A DNA stretch of 32,102 nt, taken from positions 1 through 32,102 of the IMG/VR virus record IMGVR_UViG_3300011337_000412; one strand, 5' to 3'. How positions within the stretch are numbered: the first letter of the stretch is position 1; every line of letters begins with the position of its first letter. The translations under genes were made by a program, and so were the position numbers. This DNA comes from a virus (lineage: Duplodnaviria > Caudoviricetes). Positions 25,216-32,102 of this stretch are shown here, piece after piece. Under the pieces are notes generated by a model. That model did no database searches, had not been told where the DNA came from, and saw nothing but the letters and a program-made list of their open reading frames with translations.

Positions 25216-27741
25216 TTATCTTACCTCTAACCTTAATCCACCGTATTTTGTAATAATAGTTCCATTATCTATTGAAAGAACTATATAATAAGTACCCTTT
25301 GTGGCTGTAGTAGTAGTAGAAATATCAAAACTTACTTGACCACCATTTGCGTAATCAACAGTACCACCATAAGTTCCAGCACCAGTTCCACCAATATCAT
25401 AAATATTTACAGTATAGATAAATGCTCCTGATAATGGAATAGGCTCTTGGTTTTCATCAATAACTTCTAATACAATATTTCTTGCATCATTTTGTACTAA
25501 ATCAAGAATGTCATTTTGTCCCATATCTTGTGTAGCATTAAGTTTAAATGGACCTTGTTTTACAATAACTCCACCACCGCCACCACCACCAGCAGTACTA
25601 ACTCTACTGTCCAAGAAGTATCCAAATGTACCAACAGCAGGAATACTACCTCCATTTGCTGTGGCTCTTACTTGGTTCCATATTGCTGACATTATTTGAG
25701 GGGTAGTAGGAGCAGCACTATAAGAAGAACTTGCCAATCTACTTGAAACTGTAGCATCAAGATTAGTTCCAAGAACATATCCTGCTTGACCTAATGTAAA
25801 TGTACCAGGAACTGCTTGTTGCCATATTTGAGCAACTGTAGGAGCAGCACTATAAGAAGATGATGCTAATCTTGAAGAAATAGTGGTATCTACGTTAGTT
25901 TTAAGCAATAAACCAATACTATTTGTTGTTAGGATATTACCAGTAAGATAATCCCAAATATTAGAAATATTACCTACACTACCAACACTTCCCACAACGG
26001 ACCCAACACTTCCAACAACATTTCCGCCCAAGTTTCCAACAACTGAAGCAACTGTTCCATTGACATTTCCTGCTACTGAACCAGCTACAGAACCAACGCT
26101 TCCAACTACAGAACCAATGGAGCCTGTTGTATTGAATGTTTGAGATGTTGATAATGAATATCCTGTTTTATCTAATACAGTACCAGCAGTAACTCCACCA
26201 GTACCTGAAATAGAAAGTAATGAGAAGTTAGTAGGTAATGTAAATGTTGCCATTCTACTTGAAACAGCAGCATCTAATCTATTTCCAATGATAAAACCAG
26301 CAGAACCAGCACTATAAGCACCTGGAAGAGCTGTACTCCAAGGGTCAGCAGCACCACCAGCAGCATTAAGTTTAAATCCTGCTTGACCTGATGTATATGT
26401 ACCTGGTAATGCTTCAGACCATACTTGTGTAGCGATAGCAGCACTTGTTGGCGGAGTGGTGTAAGATGCACTTGCTAATCTTGTTGAAAGTACTACATCT
26501 AATCTATTTCCAAGAATGTTTCCAGCAGTACCAGCAGCATAACTTCCTGGGATTGCTGTTGCCCAAGGGTCTCCAGCAGAAGAAGCAGCATTAAGTTTAG
26601 CACCAGCACTACCAACTGCAAATGTACCAGGAATAGGTTCTGTCCATACTTGAGTAGATATTTGTGCAACAGTTGGCGGAGTAGTATATGTAAATGTAGC
26701 CATTCTACTTGAAGTAGCAACATCAATATTAGTTTTTAGTTGAACACCAATACTACCAACAGCGGTAATAGCAGAAGTAGCAACATCCCAAACTGATTGG
26801 CTTGTTATATCGTTAAAACCAGTAATACCAGTGCCTTTGGCGAGTACTATATTAGCACCAGAAGATAATGTTCTTGTAGCAGCAGCCCAAACATCAGTGG
26901 CAGCTATATCATTTAGTCCAGTAAGTCCAGTTCCCTTGGCTAAAACAATATTTGTACCAGCAGTAAGAGTTCTTGTAGCATTTGTCCAAACTGTAGCATC
27001 TGTTGCTCTTGAAGATATAGTAGCATTTAGGTTAGTACCAATAAGAAGACCAATACTACCAACAACAGTATTATTAGCAGTAAGGTCATCCCAAATATTT
27101 TGTACTGCTGTTGCTGTTAAACTACCAACACTTCCAACAAGGTTTCCATTGATATTTCCAGTAACTGAACCAACAGCACCAACAACAGAACCAACTGAAC
27201 CAGTTACAGAACCAACTGCTCCAACAACAGAAGCAACAGAACCACCTACATTACCTGTAACACTGCCAACAGCACCAGTTACAGAGCCTACCGAGCCTGA
27301 TACTGTATTGACTGTCGAGATTGCTCCTGAACCATTAACACTGATTTGGTTTGCACCAGTACCTGTAGTTGGAATAGCACCAAGAGAACCAGTAGCCACA
27401 GCAGGCAAGGCAGTAAGCCCAAGATTTGTGGCTGCAAAATAATCGTATGCCATAACTTGTACGATGGCATTATAGTCTCTACTAACTGTTGCTTTTTCAA
27501 TATTTACTGCAATCCATCCTAATGTATCAACCTCGCCAGAAGTAAACTCATAATAATACTGACCATTACCTATTTCAGTCCAGGTTCCAGCCCCAGCAGC
27601 AGCAGCAGCACCAAGTTTAGATATATTAATAGTAGGAGTTACAACACCAGTTTCAGGGGTAAATCCATCAGTAATATCAACTAATAATACTGGTATTCTT
27701 CTTCTTGCTGCTGTTGCTTCAGATTGTTTTATTTGATACAT
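25216..27741 (-). CDS. Repeat-rich fibre-like virion protein, 841 aa
   Basis: GSV(T/V)G repeats, VW..ATRTL repeats, W...PG....G.AG..L...LD..VSSR repeats and a Gly7 linker. Confidence 0.7.
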   Translation of the reverse strand: MYQIKQSEATAARRRIPVLLVDITDGFTPETGVVTPTINISKLGAAAAAGAGTWTEIGNGQYYYEFTSGEVDTLGWIAVNIEKATVSRDYNAIVQVMAYDYFAATNLGLTALPAVATGSLGAIPTTGTGANQISVNGSGAISTVNTVSGSVGSVTGAVGSVTGNVGGSVASVVGAVGSVTGSVGSVVGAVGSVTGNINGNLVGSVGSLTATAVQNIWDDLTANNTVVGSIGLLIGTNLNATISSRATDATVWTNATRTLTAGTNIVLAKGTGLTGLNDIAATDVWAAATRTLSSGANIVLAKGTGITGFNDITSQSVWDVATSAITAVGSIGVQLKTNIDVATSSRMATFTYTTPPTVAQISTQVWTEPIPGTFAVGSAGAKLNAASSAGDPWATAIPGSYAAGTAGNILGNRLDVVLSTRLASASYTTPPTSAAIATQVWSEALPGTYTSGQAGFKLNAAGGAADPWSTALPGAYSAGSAGFIIGNRLDAAVSSRMATFTLPTNFSLLSISGTGGVTAGTVLDKTGYSLSTSQTFNTTGSIGSVVGSVGSVAGSVAGNVNGTVASVVGNLGGNVVGSVGSVVGSVGSVGNISNIWDYLTGNILTTNSIGLLLKTNVDTTISSRLASSSYSAAPTVAQIWQQAVPGTFTLGQAGYVLGTNLDATVSSRLASSSYSAAPTTPQIMSAIWNQVRATANGGSIPAVGTFGYFLDSRVSTAGGGGGGGVIVKQGPFKLNATQDMGQNDILDLVQNDARNIVLEVIDENQEPIPLSGAFIYTVNIYDIGGTGAGTYGGTVDYANGGQVSFDISTTTTATKGTYYIVLSIDNGTIITKYGGLRLEVR

Positions 27742-27767
27742 TTATGGTCCTCTATGTTTGCTGTTGT

Positions 27768-27780
27768 ATTTTATCGTCTA
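27768..27780 (-). promoter_or_regulatory. Candidate late promoter TAGACGATAAAAT
   Basis: Identical 13-mer to 31619-31631, upstream of RBS GAGGA. Confidence 0.68.
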
Positions 27781-28842
27781 AAAATCTAACTGATTAAATG
27801 CAGCTGGTAATGATGCTACTGTAGTTCCACCTGTTTGGTCATATTTTATAGTGTCAAATAATAAATAACCTAAACAAGTTTTACTTGTTGTTTCCGTGTA
27901 TGTTGTGCCATTATATTCCACCATATTAGCAACTATTCCGTTTCTAACATCTGTCATAACTTGAGCATTAAGATTTATAGCAGTTCTCATCAATGGTGGA
28001 GTTCCTGTTGTTCCTGTTAGCATTATATAATATTTAGTACCAGCAACAAAATCAACTGGTGTATCTAACTCAAAATAAGGTTGAGAAGCAGTAGTGTTAA
28101 AGTCTCCATCAATAGTAGCAGTAGCAAGTAATGTTCCAGCAGCATTTCTAACTCTTACACTAAAAACTGTACCTGTTGAAGGAGAAACTGTTTGAAACTG
28201 TAAACTTCTCAATGTTATAGTTGGATGATTAGCAGGAAGTTGAAATGTTGTTCCTATTTCATTTGGAGAACTTCTTGCTGTTTCTGAACCAGTAGTAGTA
28301 TAAGTAGAAGGTCCATAATATTTAGTTCCAGAATATAGCCAAAAGTTTCCACCAGCACGAGTACTTGCTCCGCCCCAAACACCAGAAGTTCTTGTATGAT
28401 AACCAACCATTTTATTTAAAGTATTGTTATTATTACCAGTAGTTATAGAAACAGCACCAGAATATCCAGATGTAGCATTTCTGATAACTACATAGTATGG
28501 AGTACCTCTTACCATAGCAAAAGATGTAACAGTTACAGAAGCAAAACCACTTCCAGAAGCAGGACAAGTCCAAGTTCCTGATGTAGCAAAAGTACCATTA
28601 GGAAGTCCAGTACCAGAAATACCTTGAATACCTACATCAAAAGTAGCAGGAGATGGAGTTGTTGTAACACTATAAAAAAAGATTATAGTTGTTAGTGTAA
28701 ATGCTTCTTGAGGTACATAATACCAAGCAACACCTCCATTGTTAGCATTTATATTTTGTGCCACGGAGCCCCAAGTATTTTGAGCAGTAAATCCATCAAG
28801 AGGAATAATAAGTTTATCTGTTGGTATTGTAATAGTGGCCAT
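27778..28842 (-). CDS. Beta-rich structural protein, paralog of 28842-29948
   Basis: Shares ANHP.I, NAAGTLL.T and TKYYIM motifs with its neighbour. Confidence 0.65.
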   Translation of the reverse strand: MATITIPTDKLIIPLDGFTAQNTWGSVAQNINANNGGVAWYYVPQEAFTLTTIIFFYSVTTTPSPATFDVGIQGISGTGLPNGTFATSGTWTCPASGSGFASVTVTSFAMVRGTPYYVVIRNATSGYSGAVSITTGNNNNTLNKMVGYHTRTSGVWGGASTRAGGNFWLYSGTKYYGPSTYTTTGSETARSSPNEIGTTFQLPANHPTITLRSLQFQTVSPSTGTVFSVRVRNAAGTLLATATIDGDFNTTASQPYFELDTPVDFVAGTKYYIMLTGTTGTPPLMRTAINLNAQVMTDVRNGIVANMVEYNGTTYTETTSKTCLGYLLFDTIKYDQTGGTTVASLPAAFNQLDF

Positions 28843-29948
28843 TATCCGTTAAATCCTCCTGTAAACATTGGAGATGCATTAACATATCCTCCAGCACCAC
28901 CACTTGCATTATCAAATCTTATTCCAGATATTTCTAAACTAAAAGACATAAGTTCTGTTGTTGTTTCAGTTATAACTCCACCACTTCTAATAGCATAGTT
29001 AGCAGTATATGCTCCTCCTGCTGTTGATAATGCGTTGCTATAAGGATATTTAGATATTTGGAAGTTATTAGAAAAAGTGCCTGTAAATCCAAACATTATA
29101 TAATATTTAGTTGCTGGCTCTAACCAAATATCTGCTGTTGTAGCATTCCAAAAATATGCTATACCAGTACCAGTAGTAGTATTAAATCTATCAGTGTCTT
29201 GTGTGTTGAATGTATGTAATAATGTACCAGCAGCATTATAAATCCTACAAATAACCATCATACCAGGATTACCACTTCCAGCATTATTATTTGTACTATT
29301 GGCAAAAGATATTTTTTCAACTCTTATAGCAGGATGATTAGCATCTAATGTAAAAGCAACTCCATAATCTTGGCTTGCGACAGCATTGACAGGAGTTGGA
29401 CCTTCTGGAGTTACTGGAATATCTACACTATACCAACGAGTAGCATCTCCAACAGTTACAATACTACCTGTCAAACTTGAACGAGACCAAACTGATGCTG
29501 CTCTTGTTGATGCTCTCCACTGTCCATTATAACTATATAATCCATAATGGTTTTGTGCGATACTAATAACTCCAGTATATGAGCCATTAGGTTTAAAAGT
29601 AAGCCAATAAACATTTCCTTTGACTACTGAAACAGCATTTGTCAGAGTTATAGTAAATGGCGATGTAGCAGTATTTGAAGAAGCAGAAAAAACATTAGGT
29701 GTAGCAAGAAAAGTATCTGATGGTAAATCTCCTGTAGCGTTAGAAGCCATAATACCTACTTCAAGATTAGTTATATTAGAAGATAAAAGAGCATAAAATA
29801 CTAATCTTGTTAATGAACCTGTAAACTGTGCTAAAAATGGTAAAGATAGACCAGTAGCAGTAGAGTTTATAGTTGTTTGGTTATTACCAGCAAATGACCT
29901 TTGATTATAACCTATTTGTAAGTTGGTATTTACAGTTACTATAGCCAT
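28842..29948 (-). CDS. Beta-rich structural protein, paralog of 27778-28842
   Basis: Same shared motifs, coupled by TAATG overlaps. Confidence 0.65.
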   Translation of the reverse strand: MAIVTVNTNLQIGYNQRSFAGNNQTTINSTATGLSLPFLAQFTGSLTRLVFYALLSSNITNLEVGIMASNATGDLPSDTFLATPNVFSASSNTATSPFTITLTNAVSVVKGNVYWLTFKPNGSYTGVISIAQNHYGLYSYNGQWRASTRAASVWSRSSLTGSIVTVGDATRWYSVDIPVTPEGPTPVNAVASQDYGVAFTLDANHPAIRVEKISFANSTNNNAGSGNPGMMVICRIYNAAGTLLHTFNTQDTDRFNTTTGTGIAYFWNATTADIWLEPATKYYIMFGFTGTFSNNFQISKYPYSNALSTAGGAYTANYAIRSGGVITETTTELMSFSLEISGIRFDNASGGAGGYVNASPMFTGGFNG

Positions 29949-30218
29949 TTAGACAATCCTTACAATATTACCATCAACATTAGCAAGGTCAAAAATCATC
30001 TTTTTTCCTACTAAAGCTTGTCCACCAAAATGAGCACAATAACATACAATATATTTACGCAAGTTGTCTATTACTTCAGTATCATACATACTACAATCTT
30101 GGTCTAATGTAGTTTCTGACACATATTGAAATGCTACATTATCATCAAAAGCAATAACAATCATTCCATCTGGTAATACATCATAAGATGCCAAACCTAT
30201 CTCAAAATATTCATCCAT
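29949..30218 (-). CDS. Small acidic hypothetical protein
   Basis: Tight operon packing. Confidence 0.7.
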   Translation of the reverse strand: MDEYFEIGLASYDVLPDGMIVIAFDDNVAFQYVSETTLDQDCSMYDTEVIDNLRKYIVCYCAHFGGQALVGKKMIFDLANVDGNIVRIV

Positions 30219-30459
30219 TAGTTATTCCTGTTCCTTTTTGATTGTTAACTAAATACCCTAAAATACTGGCTAAAACAGCACTAATACCATTCTTTAAGGA
30301 AGATACAATACTAACTTCAAGTACTATCTCAAAATCAGAAAACGTAGCATTATTTGGCATATTTGTATGAGAAAATGTATTAGCAAAACTGGTTAAAAAT
30401 GTAATAATAAATGCCATTAATATTACCATAAACATTTTATTGATGGAAATGTTTTTCAT
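30211..30459 (-). CDS. Holin-like membrane protein with two TM segments (likely start MKNISIN at 30459)
   Basis: RBS GGAG before ATG 30459, two hydrophobic segments. Confidence 0.55.
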   Translation of the reverse strand: MKNISINKMFMVILMAFIITFLTSFANTFSHTNMPNNATFSDFEIVLEVSIVSSLKNGISAVLASILGYLVNNQKGTGITNG

Positions 30460-30736
30460 TACTTTTCTCCAACATCTCGACTTTTGCTTGTAGTACCCCA
30501 ACTGTTGTATGAAGTTTATTTACAGCTTGTTCGTTGTTTTCAATCTTTCCTTCTATTTTTTCGATTTGTTTGCTCATCTTTTCAACGTCATCTTTTACAT
30601 TTTTGACATCGTTTGAGACATTATCAAGTTTTTTAGAAATATTGGAGAAAAATAAAAATCCTGGTATGACGATTGTACTAATGACCAATATTCCATTACC
30701 GATTACTCCATTTATAACATTAGGGTCTATAGACAT
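30437..30736 (-). CDS. Single-TM coiled-coil protein, holin-associated type
   Basis: N-terminal hydrophobic helix followed by long heptad repeats. Confidence 0.6.
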   Translation of the reverse strand: MSIDPNVINGVIGNGILVISTIVIPGFLFFSNISKKLDNVSNDVKNVKDDVEKMSKQIEKIEGKIENNEQAVNKLHTTVGVLQAKVEMLEKSNEKHFHQ

Positions 30737-30740
30737 TATT

Positions 30741-31115
30741 TTAACTCCAGCGTTCTATTAAATCTGCTGTCGTAAATAATCCTTCTGTTTGTCCATAATC
30801 AGAAGCAATGACTAAATAATATCTTTCTACAAGAGCATCATCTTTTATTTTTATTTTGTCATCTGGTCTTATTTCAACATCTGATGGTAAGATTATTTGC
30901 CATTTTGATGAAGATGCTAAACCTCCACCTGTTTGTTCTTCTTGAAAGTTTTTAGCTACAATACGAGCATTAACAGTGTAAATAACTCTATCATCTGTAG
31001 TAATACCGCCAGCAACATCTACTTCTGTTATTGCTCTATAAACAATAACAATATCTGGTAAATGATATGCTGCGGATACATTTCTTATTTTATTTAAAAG
31101 GTTTTGATTTATCAT
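30741..31115 (-). CDS. Head closure (stopper) protein, SPP1 gp16-like
   Basis: D.AGG and IILPSDVEIRPDDKIKI patterns. Follows the adaptor. Confidence 0.78.
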   Translation of the reverse strand: MINQNLLNKIRNVSAAYHLPDIVIVYRAITEVDVAGGITTDDRVIYTVNARIVAKNFQEEQTGGGLASSSKWQIILPSDVEIRPDDKIKIKDDALVERYYLVIASDYGQTEGLFTTADLIERWS

Positions 31116-31600
31116 TAGTAGATTACCACTGGTCTATATTTTTCAGCCATTACAATAAACTGTTTTTGCAATGCTTCGAGGTTAATATCTTGGCTACCAT
31201 CTTTACTACTAATAAGATTGGCTACTTTGGCTGCTTTTAAAATCCATCCAGCCCTTACAGCTTGTCTTACATCATATCTTTCAACATTAGCAGTACCATA
31301 ATCTACCCAAGTAATAGTATTGTCTCCAAAAGAAATACCAGTAGCTCCATATGTGTAATAATCAGGAAAAATATTAATAGTTCCACTTGTTCCTGCTTGA
31401 ATACATTGATACAGCCTGCCATTTTTTACTAATGGTTCTACAATATCTCCATAAACATAAGCAGTAGAAGCAACCCAATCAGAAGACCTTTTATAGTTGT
31501 CAATAAGAGTACCAAGTTCATCAGAGTTTAACTCTGGATATTCATTAGATTGGACCATCATTGAAAGTTGTTGTATTGCTTGTGTTCTTGTTAGTGCCAT
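31115..31600 (-). CDS. Head-tail adaptor with an inserted CBM5/12-like module
   Basis: First gene after capsid. YDVRQAVRAGWILKAAK adaptor helix. Insert WVASTAYVYGDIV...GRLYQCIQAGTSG...DNTITW. Confidence 0.75.
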   Translation of the reverse strand: MALTRTQAIQQLSMMVQSNEYPELNSDELGTLIDNYKRSSDWVASTAYVYGDIVEPLVKNGRLYQCIQAGTSGTINIFPDYYTYGATGISFGDNTITWVDYGTANVERYDVRQAVRAGWILKAAKVANLISSKDGSQDINLEALQKQFIVMAEKYRPVVIY

Positions 31601-31618
31601 ATTTACCTCGCTGTTATT

Positions 31619-31631
31619 ATTTTATCGTCTA
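31619..31631 (-). promoter_or_regulatory. Candidate late promoter TAGACGATAAAAT
   Basis: Directly after the capsid terminator and before RBS GAGGT. Confidence 0.68.
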
Positions 31632-31633
31632 AC

Positions 31634-31665
31634 AAAATAAAAGGGGCCTCCAAGAAGGAAGCCCC
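31634..31665 (-). terminator. Rho-independent terminator after the major capsid gene
   Basis: GGGGCUUCC-UUCUU-GGAGGCCCC followed by UUUUAUUUU. Confidence 0.88.
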
Positions 31666-31688
31666 AGTTGAAATGAGAACCAGTAAGA

Positions 31689-32102
31689 TTAAGTGGTTCT
31701 GCGGAGAATGATAACTGAACCAGCAGCTGAAGAAGAACCGGGGTCGTGGCAGGTAAAGCCCATTCTGGTAACTGCACGGAATGCAAGAGCGTCAGCTTGG
31801 AAGTAGAACTGGTCAGAAACCTTAATAGAAAGGTCTCTACGGTCTCCATATACACATCCAGTTTTGAGGTTACCAAACGCACAAAGAGGAGTGTTAGCAG
31901 TACCAGCAGCAACTGAAGCAAGATGCTGGCTGAACTCAATAGGATAACCAAACAATGTAGGTTGCCCGTTTTGGAAGTTCATAATATCGAGGGCTGCATT
32001 ACCAGACAATGCATCAAGTCTGTTGGCTACAACATCATTAAAGAAAGCCTTGGACATAAACCATTTTGCTTCATTTGGTCTATCAGCATACAATGGAAGT
32101 TT
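31689..32102 (-). CDS. Major capsid protein, C-terminal part (enters from the window end)
   Basis: Open from the edge: KLPLYADRPNEAKWFM...PTLFGYPIEFS...AFGNL...GDRRDLSIKVS...FQADALAFRAVTRMG, an HK97 P/A-domain pattern. Confidence 0.93.
   Translation of the reverse strand, partial: KLPLYADRPNEAKWFMSKAFFNDVVANRLDALSGNAALDIMNFQNGQPTLFGYPIEFSQHLASVAAGTANTPLCAFGNLKTGCVYGDRRDLSIKVSDQFYFQADALAFRAVTRMGFTCHDPGSSSAAGSVIILRRTT

Noticed and set aside
25975-27300. Ice-nucleation or collagen-like protein
   Set aside because: The repeat period is 7 with GSV, not the AGYGSTxT octamer or GXY triplets.
14425-29948. Diversity-generating retroelement or invertible tail-fibre switch
   Set aside because: No reverse transcriptase or recombinase, and no adenine-specific repeat pair seen. 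The repeats are in-frame protein repeats.
14314-31951. Remaining antisense or alternate-frame ORFs in tail and fibre genes (e.g. 21741+, 26831+, 31622-)
   Set aside because: They mirror the codon patterns of real genes. 31622- runs through a terminator.
1-32102. Stop-codon reassignment
   Set aside because: Genes are full length and tightly packed under code 11, and TAA, TAG and TGA all serve as stops.

Overview
Near-complete genome (about 32 kb) of an AT-rich tailed phage with an HK97-type head and a siphovirus-like, non-contractile tail. The major capsid gene is split across the two window ends and a middle piece is missing. The minus strand carries terS, terL, portal, MuF, prohead protease, capsid, adaptor, closure, a 6.2-kb inserted block of holin-like and repeat-rich fibre genes, HK97 gp10, tail terminator, tail tube, a frameshifted chaperone, tape measure, two large tail proteins and a CHAP endolysin. 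The plus strand (9.1-13.3 kb) carries a non-coding iteron origin, a putative DNA-binding or replication protein, a PD-(D/E)xK-like protein, an XRE regulator and a sigma-70 family factor. I saw no integrase, polymerase, helicase, tRNA or CRISPR array. The most notable signal is a dense regulatory layer. (1) Self-contained early promoter-ORF-terminator cassettes, two of them paralogous. (2) A GC-rich structured leader of about 300 nt before a SprT-like protease. (3) A recurrent TAGACGATAAAAT candidate late promoter, with two leaderless targets. (4) Hairpins that occlude the Shine-Dalgarno (SD) sites of the sigma and nuclease-like genes. (5) A candidate sRNA of about 60 nt that is antisense to the start regions of early and middle genes. 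All calls were made by eye from motifs and synteny, with no database searches.
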